From positions 1-39,924 of the IMG/VR virus record IMGVR_UViG_3300025167_000028: DNA of 39,924 nucleotides; one strand, written 5' to 3'. The DNA is from a virus. Its lineage: Duplodnaviria; Caudoviricetes. Under the pieces are notes generated by a model, which saw nothing but the letters and a program-made list of their open reading frames with translations, had not been told where the DNA came from and did not search any database. A program made the translations under genes and the position numbers. Of the stretch, positions 24,299 to 34,107 are shown piece by piece (positions within the stretch are counted from its first letter, which is position 1; each line of letters starts with the position of its first letter).

Positions 24299-25026
24299 TG
24301 GCGGTCTCGCTCAGAGCAGTAGGCACCTATACCAGCGGCACGGCGAATCTCACGCCGGGCATTCCTGCGGGTGCCGTAACCGGCGATATGATGCTATGTT
24401 TCTACGGCACCAAGCCCTACAGCGATGCGCCTACTATAAACCAAGCCTGGAACACCTATGGGAGTGCGACTGACGGCACGGTGGCGGCAGGCGTAGATGT
24501 CGGTTCGATGCAGGTAAGGGTTTTCTGGAAGAAGCACACCGGTAGCGAGACAAACCCGACGATCACCAATGGTACTAATAACGTTTCCGGCTGCGTCATC
24601 ATCGTGTTTCAAAATGCGACAGGATCGTGGGAGATAGCCGGAGCGGGAGGTGGAGATAATACCGCCGGTACGGGATTTTCGGTGACTGCCGGGAGTAATC
24701 CCGGTATTACTGTCGGGGACATGCTCGTGGCTTACGCCGCGCTCCGCTCCGACGCGGCTACTCAGTCTGCGATCGGTGTCACCGCGACCAGTGCGACCAT
24801 AGCGGCTTTCACGGAATCACCTGCGGCTGACCTGGTGACTACTGCCGGCGGCGACATGGCGATGTCGGGTGGGTACGCCGCCTGCACGGCGGGCACGGCC
24901 ACCGCCGCGCCGGTGTATGCCTCGACGCTGGCTGCTGCGCACACGGGTTCGGCATACATAATGCGGCTGCGCGAGGCGGCGGCTACATTTATACGTGCCT
25001 CTACTTTACCGATGATGGGAGTCTAA
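24298..25026 (+). CDS. putative virion structural protein (two similar beta domains)
   Basis: GDMMLCF / GDMLVAY repeated motif; Ala/Gly/Thr-rich. Confidence 0.6.
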   Translation: MAVSLRAVGTYTSGTANLTPGIPAGAVTGDMMLCFYGTKPYSDAPTINQAWNTYGSATDGTVAAGVDVGSMQVRVFWKKHTGSETNPTITNGTNNVSGCVIIVFQNATGSWEIAGAGGGDNTAGTGFSVTAGSNPGITVGDMLVAYAALRSDAATQSAIGVTATSATIAAFTESPAADLVTTAGGDMAMSGGYAACTAGTATAAPVYASTLAAAHTGSAYIMRLREAAATFIRASTLPMMGV

Positions 25027-25298
25027 TGGCAACCGTAACAATTACATCCATTGTTGAAACAGACGATCACGTGGAGTTCGCATGCTCATTTTCAGTAACT
25101 ACTCCCGTGCTTTCGTGGGCCGAAACATTAGTGTTTGGGCGCGACCGCGTGAGAGGACTGACTCAGGCGCAGATGCGTGATGAAGTTTTGTTCCCCTTGT
25201 GTCAAGAAATAGTGTTGGGACGAATAGGCGTCAATAGGGCGCAAATTGCAGGGAATTCTATATTGAACGTGGCACAGACGATTCCTAATACGCCCTGA
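25026..25298 (+). CDS. hypothetical protein
   Basis: 90 aa, TAATG coupling. Confidence 0.6.
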   Translation: MATVTITSIVETDDHVEFACSFSVTTPVLSWAETLVFGRDRVRGLTQAQMRDEVLFPLCQEIVLGRIGVNRAQIAGNSILNVAQTIPNTP

Positions 25299-25310
25299 GA
25301 CAGTAAGTAA

Positions 25311-25886
25311 ATGTTTACCCCCATATTAGCCACTACCGGAGCGGCTGGGGAAACGGTTAATTTCAATGCCACGACAATCGCATTAACCGCCCCCTCATTC
25401 GGGATTGATGAGGCGTTTGTATTCAATCCGGCGACACTGACGCTTACTTCTCCGTCGTTCAGTATTGATGAGGCGATTGTTTTTCTTTCTTCCGAGATTC
25501 TTGTTTCCGGAGAGGTTTTCACCGTTGAGAGCGCGGAAGAAATCACGGAAACATTCAGCGGTGGATACATCCACGCCACTCTTGCGGAAAGAAACCTCCT
25601 TCGATCCAGAAATAAAAAAGAAGATGATCTCGCGCTTCCAATCGAATTGAGGCAAGTAGCCGAACAAGCGGTAAAAGATTCGATTAGCGCGTCTTTTTTT
25701 GACGGATGTTTGACGGATGAGAGAGAGCATCTTCTTCAGGCGATGGAAGCGTGGGAATCTTATGACGAAGCTTACAGGCGGGCGTATAAAGACGCCTATA
25801 TAGCCGAAATCGTCAAAGATCGCTGGCTGGCGGAAATAAAAAGAGCCAGACGCAATCGGGCGGTAGCATTACTTTTATTACATTAA
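25311..25886 (+). CDS. hypothetical protein
   Basis: 191 aa, internal repeat LT.PSF.IDEA. Confidence 0.6.
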   Translation: MFTPILATTGAAGETVNFNATTIALTAPSFGIDEAFVFNPATLTLTSPSFSIDEAIVFLSSEILVSGEVFTVESAEEITETFSGGYIHATLAERNLLRSRNKKEDDLALPIELRQVAEQAVKDSISASFFDGCLTDEREHLLQAMEAWESYDEAYRRAYKDAYIAEIVKDRWLAEIKRARRNRAVALLLLH

Positions 25887-25905
25887 AGCCAACAGGAGAC
25901 CATTC

Positions 25906-26688
25906 ATGGCTGAAGTAGAAGCAGTTGTAGCTGATGCTGGAGTTCCCCCGGAAACACCTGAAATAAAAGAAGTCCCGGAAGAAAAAAAGGAGATTCCTCC
26001 TCCTAGAACTTATACTCAGGAGGAACTGGATCGCATCACCGCGAAGGTGAAAAAGAACGCCCGCTATCAAACTCGCAAGGAGATAGAGGCGTTCTATCAG
26101 GGTCGTGATTCAAGACCGGAGCCCAGAATCGAAGCCGACGGAACTAAACCTCCGGAACGTGGAGATTATGGCACCTACGAAGATTTTCTGGATGCAAAAG
26201 CCGCCTTCATGGGCGGCAAGGCCGCACAAGAAGAGCGTGCAAGAATTGACGAACAGACAATGGAAGCGAAATTTATCGAAGAACAGCAGAAAATCTTCGA
26301 TGGATTTCGGTCTAAGACGCAAGAAAAGTATCCGGACTTGGAAGAGCGGCTGGAGGAAATCTCCGATGTCGTCATGCCGGCGGGCATGGGACGAGCCATC
26401 GCCGAATCCGATGTCGGGCCGGATATTCTCGATTTCTTTGCAAGAAACCCCAAAGACTGCAAGCGCATCGCGGCGCTTTCACCGTCTTCCGCCGTGCGCG
26501 AGATCGGCAAGCTGGAAGCCAAATTAGAGGCTAAGCCGGAACCGAAAAGACAAGCACCATCCGCCCTGCCTTCTCCCATAAAACCAGGCTCTGGAAATGA
26601 GTCAGCTACGCCAAAAAAGTTGATTGAAATCTCCAGCCAGGAAGAATTCGAGAAAAGAAGAAGGGCGCAAATCGCCGCAAGGCATTGA
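25906..26688 (+). CDS. scaffolding protein
   Basis: Charged and helical; RIAALSPSSAVREIGKLEAKL; precedes the coat gene. Confidence 0.8.
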   Translation: MAEVEAVVADAGVPPETPEIKEVPEEKKEIPPPRTYTQEELDRITAKVKKNARYQTRKEIEAFYQGRDSRPEPRIEADGTKPPERGDYGTYEDFLDAKAAFMGGKAAQEERARIDEQTMEAKFIEEQQKIFDGFRSKTQEKYPDLEERLEEISDVVMPAGMGRAIAESDVGPDILDFFARNPKDCKRIAALSPSSAVREIGKLEAKLEAKPEPKRQAPSALPSPIKPGSGNESATPKKLIEISSQEEFEKRRRAQIAARH

Positions 26689-26710
26689 TTAGCATTCCAA
26701 GGAGTAAATA

Positions 26711-27931
26711 ATGTCAAATATTTTCAAAGTTACCGATTTAGTAGCGAAAGAATCGCTCAGAATCGCCCATGAAAAACTTCAGATGATTGGCACCGTTGAT
26801 CGCCAATACGATGAAGATTTCAAAATGAACGGCCGGAGTTCGCCCCATGGGGCCACTCTCCGCGTCAAAGATCCCAACCAGTATACCCGCCGCACGGGCA
26901 ACGCCATGGCGGTTCAGACTCAGGCGGAAAGCACTCAGACCATTACCGTCGCCACCCTGGATGGCGTGGACATGGGGTTTACCGCGTCTGAGTTGATTCA
27001 ATCGGTTGATAACGACGGCGCGTTCGACGATTTGTCCAAGAACTATATCCAACCGGCCATTTCGGGGCTTTGCTCCGGCATTGAATCGGATGCGATTGCG
27101 TACTGGACAAAAGCCACGGCGAATATCGCCGGGACTGCCGGCACCGCTCTCACCGATCTTGTCGTCCCCGGTGCTGCGCGCGCCAAGCTGAACCAGAATG
27201 CCGCCCCCAAAGACGGCAATCGGTACATCATGGCCGATTCCGTGACGATGGGTGGGATGGTCAATGGCCTGAAGGGTCTCTTCCAAGATTCGGCTCAAAT
27301 CAAGGAACAGTATCGTGAGGGCATGATGGGCCGTACCGCGATGGCGGATTGGTACGAAAATGACCGTATGTGGACTATGCCTAACAGTGCTGACGTGGCT
27401 GGTGAAATAAATGCCGGTACGTTAACTTCAGGCATTACTTCACTGACCGTTGATGGTTTTACCGCTGCGCCGGTGGAAGGAATGGTTTTTACCATTGAAG
27501 GAACGTATGACGTTCACCCTGAAACCAAAGCGGCGTTTTCTAACCTGAAACAATTCGTATGTTCCGCCGGATGCACCACGACTAACCTTGTGTTCACACC
27601 GGCTGTAATTTACGACACGACCAATCCCAAGCAGAACTGTTCCGGCGCTCCGACAGATAACGACGACATTACATTTGTGGGTGCTTTATCCACCAACTAT
27701 GTCCAAAACCTGATGTACCACAAGGAGGCGTTTCAGTTCATCACGGCTCCGTTGCCGGTTCTGGACGATGCTCAAAAATGCGTCAGGGTTACTAAAGACA
27801 ATCTTAGTCTTCGCGTCTGGATGGCGTCCGATATTCGCAATAATGAGTTGCTGATGCGGGTGGACATTCTATACGGTTTGGCGGCGCTGCGTCCTTCATG
27901 GGCTTGCCGCATGATCGGTGCTGCCGGCTAA
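26711..27931 (+). CDS. major capsid protein (P22 gp5-like)
   Basis: VDRQYD..F, GATLRV..P, RVDILYG..ALRP.WA motifs. Confidence 0.92.
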   Translation: MSNIFKVTDLVAKESLRIAHEKLQMIGTVDRQYDEDFKMNGRSSPHGATLRVKDPNQYTRRTGNAMAVQTQAESTQTITVATLDGVDMGFTASELIQSVDNDGAFDDLSKNYIQPAISGLCSGIESDAIAYWTKATANIAGTAGTALTDLVVPGAARAKLNQNAAPKDGNRYIMADSVTMGGMVNGLKGLFQDSAQIKEQYREGMMGRTAMADWYENDRMWTMPNSADVAGEINAGTLTSGITSLTVDGFTAAPVEGMVFTIEGTYDVHPETKAAFSNLKQFVCSAGCTTTNLVFTPAVIYDTTNPKQNCSGAPTDNDDITFVGALSTNYVQNLMYHKEAFQFITAPLPVLDDAQKCVRVTKDNLSLRVWMASDIRNNELLMRVDILYGLAALRPSWACRMIGAAG

Positions 27932-27956
27932 CACAACTTATTATAGGAGCTAAAAC

Positions 27957-28451
27957 ATGACTACACCTACGGATATTGAACGTATTTCCTATGGCGGCCC
28001 CACGGGGTCTTTGCAACTCGGCGAACATCGTCAAGTCATTCAGGGCGTCGGGGCGACCCGCACTCTGTTGGCAAAGGAATCCGGCGCTCTCTGCCTGCTC
28101 GATAGAGCGGCGGGCGTCGTTTATACCTTGCCAACCCCGGTTGAGGGGATGCGGTTCGAATTTCTGGCGACAGTCGTCAGAACCTCGAACTCCTATAAAG
28201 TCATCACGGCTGCGATTACCACGCAGTTCATGGTCGGAGCAGTAATGGCTGGCGATCCGGCTATTGCCACTTCGGGTGATGTCTTCACGGCTGATGGCAC
28301 GACTATCGCCGCCATTACTTGTGACGGTGATACCAAAGGCGGGTTTATCGGCGAACATTATACCCTCACGGCCATTAGTGCTACTCAGTGGGCGATTGAG
28401 GGCATGGTGATCGGGACCGGCACGATGGTTACTCCGTTTACCGCCACTTGA
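27957..28451 (+). CDS. putative capsid decoration protein
   Basis: Follows the coat gene, precedes a terminator. Confidence 0.55.
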   Translation: MTTPTDIERISYGGPTGSLQLGEHRQVIQGVGATRTLLAKESGALCLLDRAAGVVYTLPTPVEGMRFEFLATVVRTSNSYKVITAAITTQFMVGAVMAGDPAIATSGDVFTADGTTIAAITCDGDTKGGFIGEHYTLTAISATQWAIEGMVIGTGTMVTPFTAT

Positions 28452-28466
28452 TTGTTTAACTAACAA

Positions 28467-28498
28467 CCCCGCCTCGATAATGGGGCGGGGATTTTTTT
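28467..28498 (+). terminator. rho-independent terminator
   Basis: CCCCGCCTC-loop-GGGGCGGGG followed by T7. Confidence 0.85.
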
Positions 28499-28507
28499 GG
28501 GTGAAAA

Positions 28508-28852
28508 ATGGATACACTTTTTCAAACACAATCTCCTGGCATATCTATTTCAGTAACGTCAACGGCGTCAACGGCCGTTGCGCTCCCAGTGACAGACATT
28601 TTGGATAGTCTTGTCCAAGGACAATCTCATCTAAGGGTTGTCAATGAAGGGCCGAATATCGCCTTCATCGCGGTCGGCAAAACAACGGCTACCGCGACCC
28701 TGCCAACGGCCACAGCGGCAAAAACTTGTGACGCTGTTTTAGCTGGTGAAGATATGATTCTAACTCTTTCTCCGAATGCTCGTTATATTTCGGCTATTTG
28801 CCGGGCGGCGGGAATTGCGACATTATCAGTTTACGTCGGGAGGGGCCAATAA
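28508..28852 (+). CDS. putative structural protein
   Basis: 114 aa, beta-rich. Confidence 0.6.
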   Translation: MDTLFQTQSPGISISVTSTASTAVALPVTDILDSLVQGQSHLRVVNEGPNIAFIAVGKTTATATLPTATAAKTCDAVLAGEDMILTLSPNARYISAICRAAGIATLSVYVGRGQ

Positions 28853-29310
28853 TGTTCAGGGGCGGCGGTTTTTCTCAAAATATCGGGGCGGCGACTTCAG
28901 CGACGGCGGTCATGGTCAATGGAGATACCATCTTTACCATTGCCAATGGTCCCATCGAGATTATTGATCTTCTCTCAGAATGTATCACGGCCAACGGCGC
29001 AACGGCTTCAACCATGCAATATCAGTCAGTTCCCACGGTGGGAACTGCGACCACGTTTTCAGGCGCCTCGGCGGCCCTGACATCGGCAACGGCAGGAACC
29101 ACGGTTCGCCTGGCTCCGACCGCTCTGACGACGGCTCCGGTCGTCGTGGCGGCTGCGGCCGGCGGCGTTCAACTGGGGACCAACGTCGCCAATCGAATTA
29201 CCGCTCAGCCCGGCACGATCAAACTTGTCATCGGTGTTGGGTCAACCACGGGAACATGGAAGCATTACTTGACCTATCTTCCGCTGGCTCCTAGTGTCAC
29301 GGTTTCATAA
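28852..29310 (+). CDS. putative structural protein
   Basis: TAATG coupling; Thr/Ala-rich. Confidence 0.6.
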   Translation: MFRGGGFSQNIGAATSATAVMVNGDTIFTIANGPIEIIDLLSECITANGATASTMQYQSVPTVGTATTFSGASAALTSATAGTTVRLAPTALTTAPVVVAAAAGGVQLGTNVANRITAQPGTIKLVIGVGSTTGTWKHYLTYLPLAPSVTVS

Positions 29311-29319
29311 GGATCATAC

Positions 29320-29508
29320 ATGCCTATCAGAATGACACACCCGCGCCACGGCACTACCCATGCCGTCGGCGCAGAAGTGGACTGGAACAAAAAACATGGA
29401 TGGGTTATTGATGAGGGGCCAAAAATAGTCTCCGAGGTTAAGGAGATTGAGGAGATTAAACCGATGAGACGCGGGCCCGGCCGTCCAAGGGCAGTCAAGG
29501 CGGAATAA
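29320..29508 (+). CDS. small protein with AT-hook-like RRGPGRPR
   Basis: 62 aa, AAGGA RBS. Confidence 0.6.
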   Translation: MPIRMTHPRHGTTHAVGAEVDWNKKHGWVIDEGPKIVSEVKEIEEIKPMRRGPGRPRAVKAE

Positions 29509-29511
29509 ACG

Positions 29512-30228
29512 ATGGCGACTGCGCTAGCTATCATCACCAGGGCCATGCGGCTTGCGAGAGTTCTTCGTAAGGGAGAACCATTGGATTCCGATGAATCCAC
29601 CGATGGATTGGTGGCCTTGAACACCATGTTGGATTCATGGCAACTAAGCCGGTTGTTTGTTTATCAGATAGTCCAAAATTCGCACACATGGCCCGCCTCG
29701 ACATCTCTCCGCACTATTGGAATAGGCGGAAATTTCGCCGTACAGCGCCCCGTTAAAATAGACGGCGCTTTTGTCATGGATTCCAATTCTCAATGGTATC
29801 CGGTTGATGTTTTGACTGATCGCAATCAATATGACGCCATCGTCACAAAGACAGTAACAAGCACCCTGCCGAATTACCTGTTCATGGATTCCGCCTATCC
29901 ACTGGCCTCAATTTATCTCTATCCCGTTCCTTCCGTTGTGGTCACACTTAAACTCAATACCTGGCAGACACTTCAATCGTTCGCTGGATTAACCACTGAG
30001 CTTGCGCTGCCTCCGGGTTATCAGCGCGCCATCGAATTCAGCTTGGCGGAGGAATTCGGGCCGGAATTCGGAGTGGAAATTCCGGGGAAGGTGGAACAAA
30101 TTGCCGTGCAAGCACGGGCAATCATACAAAACATGAATCGTCCCTCGATGATCGCGCAAGTAGATAGTGGGGCTGCATCGTTGGGTCAATCGGGCGGTAG
30201 GCGGAATATATATAGTGGTGGGCTATAA
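29512..30228 (+). CDS. head-tail adaptor (P22 gp4/tubular protein A-like)
   Basis: IITRAMR..GEPL...DGLVALNTMLDSW; LPPGYQRAI...LA. Confidence 0.75.
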   Translation: MATALAIITRAMRLARVLRKGEPLDSDESTDGLVALNTMLDSWQLSRLFVYQIVQNSHTWPASTSLRTIGIGGNFAVQRPVKIDGAFVMDSNSQWYPVDVLTDRNQYDAIVTKTVTSTLPNYLFMDSAYPLASIYLYPVPSVVVTLKLNTWQTLQSFAGLTTELALPPGYQRAIEFSLAEEFGPEFGVEIPGKVEQIAVQARAIIQNMNRPSMIAQVDSGAASLGQSGGRRNIYSGGL

Positions 30229-31634
30229 TGCCCATTGTCCCGCTTTTTAGAGCCAATCAAGAAGGAAAATCCGTTGTCTCCACGGCTCAGCGACATCTTA
30301 ATTTATATGCCGAGATAGACCCGGATGCGGAAAAATCCAGATTGATTTTTCATGGTACTCCTGGATTGATTTTGAGGGCCGGGAGTTCGTTGGGGAATAC
30401 GCCGATTCGAGGTTGGATTGCCGCCGGTGATTTATATTACCTTGTTCATCAAGGTACGTTTTACGAAGTCAATAATGCCGGAGCGAAAACATCAAGAGGC
30501 ACTGTTAGCACCACTACCGGACGAGTGGACTTGGCTTATAACGGTTCGGTTATTTTATTGACTACCGGAACCAATGGATACACATATACCGTCGCTACCA
30601 CGACGTTCGCGCAAATCGTGGCGGCGGGATTCCCGCAAATCGCAAAAACCTGTGCTTGGCTGGATGGGCAATTTATCGCCGATGACGGAGAATCTGATGA
30701 ATTTTTCATCTCGGCGGATGGAGCGACTTGGAATGCGCTGGCTTTTGCCACCGCTGAATCAAATCCGGACGGAATAGTCCGGATCATTTCCGACAATGGT
30801 GAAATTCCTCTCTTTGGAAAAAGCACGACGGAATTTTGGGCGAATGTCGGCGCGTCTGATTTCCCATTTCAACCCATTAAGGGGGCAACGCAGGAATTCG
30901 GACTGGTCGCCAGATGGTCGCTTGCAAAATTCAATTCCGGTCTAATTGCCTTGATGAAATCCAAGCAAGGACAAGCGCATGTCATGTTTTTTCAAGGATA
31001 TGCTCCCAAGGTTGTTTCGACTCAGGAATTGGATTTTATAATAAATAATTATTCCGATGTCGCCGCCGCTACTGGGTATTCTTACATGCTGAACGGTCAT
31101 CCGATGTACCAGCTCAATTTCCCGACCTCCGAAAAATCCTGGCTCTATGATGCATCCACCGGAATGTGGAGTGCATTGGAATATGGGCTTTCGGGAGACA
31201 GGCACCGTGGGGAAATGTGTTTGGATTATTTGAATAAATCCCTGATCGCGGATTATGCCACGGGCGATATATATGAACTTAGTCCAGGTACATATACGGA
31301 TAATGGCGTCGCCATCGCGCGGGAGATCATTGGGCGGCATATTTTTAAGAACGGCGATCCCATGATCATAAATGAATTGTTTGTTGACATGGAAACCGGC
31401 GTGGGATTGGCGGCTGGACAGGGCGTGAACCCCCAAGCCATGCTTCAAATAAGCCGCGATAACGGCCATACGTGGGGGAATGAACTTTGGACCTCCATCG
31501 GTGCTATTGGGAAATATCTAACCAGGGTCGTATGGAGACGGCTGGGACTTGGAAGTGATTGGTTGTTCAAGATACGGATAACCGATCCGATCAAGGTGGT
31601 AATTACATACGCGGCGATGAAGGTATCCGGATGA
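30228..31634 (+). CDS. tail hub / DNA stabilisation protein (P22 gp10-like)
   Basis: TPGL, FATAESNPD, SRDNGHTW, VVWRRLG motifs. Confidence 0.85.
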   Translation: MPIVPLFRANQEGKSVVSTAQRHLNLYAEIDPDAEKSRLIFHGTPGLILRAGSSLGNTPIRGWIAAGDLYYLVHQGTFYEVNNAGAKTSRGTVSTTTGRVDLAYNGSVILLTTGTNGYTYTVATTTFAQIVAAGFPQIAKTCAWLDGQFIADDGESDEFFISADGATWNALAFATAESNPDGIVRIISDNGEIPLFGKSTTEFWANVGASDFPFQPIKGATQEFGLVARWSLAKFNSGLIALMKSKQGQAHVMFFQGYAPKVVSTQELDFIINNYSDVAAATGYSYMLNGHPMYQLNFPTSEKSWLYDASTGMWSALEYGLSGDRHRGEMCLDYLNKSLIADYATGDIYELSPGTYTDNGVAIAREIIGRHIFKNGDPMIINELFVDMETGVGLAAGQGVNPQAMLQISRDNGHTWGNELWTSIGAIGKYLTRVVWRRLGLGSDWLFKIRITDPIKVVITYAAMKVSG

Positions 31635-32005
31635 CCATCAATGCCCCCCCCCTTGCGAGTCAGATTTCGACGAGGAAAGAAACGGTGATATGGCCGAGGC
31701 CCTGGGGGAATTGGATGACACAGGTATTTTTGGCCCTGTTTGGGTGGACCAGGACTTATACCGGCGTCCTGACTTATGATTTTGGGTCAATAGCGGCACA
31801 ATCCCAGGCGACCACCACGGCGACGATCACTGGCGTAAGATCGGGAGACGCTTTGATCGTAAGACCGGCCACGGCGGTAAACGGGGTCATTCTGGATGGA
31901 TCCGTGACGGCTGATGATGTCGTGACGATTAGGGCGGTGAACTATAGTATCGGCGCGGTTGACCCTGGATCGCAAAATTATCGAATCATCGTTTTTCAAC
32001 AATGA
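31631..32005 (+). CDS. putative tail needle/structural protein
   Basis: ATGA-coupled after the gp10-like gene. Confidence 0.55.
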   Translation: MTINAPPLASQISTRKETVIWPRPWGNWMTQVFLALFGWTRTYTGVLTYDFGSIAAQSQATTTATITGVRSGDALIVRPATAVNGVILDGSVTADDVVTIRAVNYSIGAVDPGSQNYRIIVFQQ

Positions 32006-32092
32006 GGGGCTATGGTTGAATTCATGTTGCTCGCCGCCCCGCGTTCCGGCACGACTTGGTATAATAATGGCTTACTTTCTAAGGAGTGCGCC

Positions 32093-32614
32093 ATGAAAGA
32101 TTACCAATGCAGCGTTTATGGATGCGAAAAGAACTCATCAAGATTAAAAATGTGCGATATGCATTACCGCAGGCTTAAACGACACGGGAATCCCGATATT
32201 GTTTTACAAGCTAAGGGGCTTTCTCTAAAGCAACGTTTTTATAATTCAGTAATAGTAAAAGATGGGTGTTGGGATTGGTCTAAAAAAATTAATAGCAATG
32301 GCTATGCAGCACTTTTTTTCGATGGGAAATGGATGACAGGAAACAGAGCTTCTTGGATATTACACATAAGTAGTATTTTGCCTGGGATGCATGTTTTACA
32401 TAAATGCGACAATAGAAAATGCACTAATCCTGATCATCTTTTTTTGGGATCAAATAGTGAGAATGTTGCCGATAAGGTAAGCAAGGGAAGGCAATATAGA
32501 AAATATGCCAGTATGTGCTCCATAAATGGATGTGAAAATTCATCTAGAAAACTAGGTCTTTGCGTTTCTCATTACAATAAGCAATATCACGAAAATGTTA
32601 AAAAACATGATTGA
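32093..32614 (+). CDS. HNH homing endonuclease
   Basis: CWDW, NGYA, VLHKCDNRKCTNPDHL..G..SEN; flanking CS..GC..C..HY modules; AT-rich; AAGGAG RBS. Confidence 0.9.
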   Translation: MKDYQCSVYGCEKNSSRLKMCDMHYRRLKRHGNPDIVLQAKGLSLKQRFYNSVIVKDGCWDWSKKINSNGYAALFFDGKWMTGNRASWILHISSILPGMHVLHKCDNRKCTNPDHLFLGSNSENVADKVSKGRQYRKYASMCSINGCENSSRKLGLCVSHYNKQYHENVKKHD

Positions 32615-33116
32615 ATTTATGGTATTGAGTGCGCCGAGATGCGGCAGTACATGGTGTGCTAACTGGTTGACTACGGACACAACCCTGTGTCTACACGACC
32701 CGTTGTTCACCAGACACTATACGGAATTGGATGAAATCCAGACAGAAAAACACCTTGGAATTTCTTGCACCGGGTTGGCTTTATTTCCGGAATGGGTGAA
32801 TAAACATCCGGCGCGAAAAATCGTGCTGCATCGTGATATAAACGAAATCAACGAATCTCTCTCTGATCTGGGGTTCCCCGAAGTGGACATTGATTTTATC
32901 TTGAAACTGGAATCCATCGAAGCCATTCATCTACCATGGACTGATTTATTTGATCGTCCTGATTTCATCCACGAAACACTTTTACAATTGCCATTCGATG
33001 CTGAACGGCATGCCCTGTTGAAGGAAATTGAAATGCAACCGAAATTCGACAAACTTACCGTGAATCACGATGTAACGCGGCGATTCTTGAATAAGATCGC
33101 AACAGGAGGATGCTGA
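32607..33116 (+). CDS. sulfotransferase-like / P-loop protein
   Basis: FMVLSAPRCGSTWCANWL...CLHDP resembles the PAPS 5'-phosphosulfate-binding loop. Confidence 0.55.
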   Translation: MIEFMVLSAPRCGSTWCANWLTTDTTLCLHDPLFTRHYTELDEIQTEKHLGISCTGLALFPEWVNKHPARKIVLHRDINEINESLSDLGFPEVDIDFILKLESIEAIHLPWTDLFDRPDFIHETLLQLPFDAERHALLKEIEMQPKFDKLTVNHDVTRRFLNKIATGGC

Positions 33117-33117
33117 T

Positions 33118-34098
33118 ATGCCTTGGGGTTCATTGGTAGGAACAATCGTCGGCGGGATGATCGCGGGCGACGCCGCCGATGATGCTTCGTCGGCGATGAC
33201 GGGCGCTTCCAAGGAAGCCATCGAGGAACAAAGACGACAATACGACCAGACACAAGCGAATCTCGCCCCATGGTTGACTTCCGGACGGGCGGGCCTTACG
33301 CGAATGTCTCAACTTCTCGGTCTTCCTGGATTTTCCGCCAAGGATCAGGCTTTGACCGCCTTGGGTGGGGAGCCATCACGGGAATCGTTTACCAGCGCGG
33401 GAGGAGGAATTTCCCCCGAACATTGGAATATTTTGGATCAAGCGGCAAAGGAAGAATATAACCGGCAGCACGGTCGCTTTATAATGAATTATGCCGCCCC
33501 AGATTATGAAAGAAAATTTGACCAAGCTGGATACGACGCGGCACTGAAGGACTGGAATTATAAAAGGACCGCTGCTGAGAGCCTTAAAGATGAAGCCGAT
33601 TTCGGCGCACTGAACAAGAAATTCACCCTGGCGGATTTTTGGGATGATCCGATAACCAAGTCGTCTTATCAATCGGGATTGGACTTGGGAACCGAAGCCA
33701 TTGATCGTATGACCGGAGCCAGGGGCACGCGAAAATCCGGCGCGACGCTGAAAGAACTGTCACGATTCGGAACCGACTATACCGGACAGAAAGCCGGGGA
33801 ATCCTATAATAGATTCTACGGCGATCAAGAAAGGACTTTGAATCGCTTGGCCGGCATCTCCGGCACTGGGCAGACAACCGGGCAATATCTTGGCGATACG
33901 GGCGGTCGTACCAGCGCAAACATCGGTAATCTTTTGACTAATGCCGGTTCTGTCAGGGGCGCGGCGGCGATCCGACAAGGAAATATCTACGGCGGGATGG
34001 CGCAGAATATAGGAGATTGGTACACCCAAAAATCTTATAACGATGATGGTTCCCTCGATAGAAGCCAATCTTCAGCGACATCAACTTGGTATCCATAG
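33118..34098 (+). CDS. DNA ejection/pilot protein (gp7-like)
   Basis: Gly/Ala-rich hydrophobic N-terminus, QYDQTQANLAPW, SGATLKEL. Confidence 0.75.
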   Translation: MPWGSLVGTIVGGMIAGDAADDASSAMTGASKEAIEEQRRQYDQTQANLAPWLTSGRAGLTRMSQLLGLPGFSAKDQALTALGGEPSRESFTSAGGGISPEHWNILDQAAKEEYNRQHGRFIMNYAAPDYERKFDQAGYDAALKDWNYKRTAAESLKDEADFGALNKKFTLADFWDDPITKSSYQSGLDLGTEAIDRMTGARGTRKSGATLKELSRFGTDYTGQKAGESYNRFYGDQERTLNRLAGISGTGQTTGQYLGDTGGRTSANIGNLLTNAGSVRGAAAIRQGNIYGGMAQNIGDWYTQKSYNDDGSLDRSQSSATSTWYP

Positions 34099-34107
34099 GA
34101 ACTAGCC

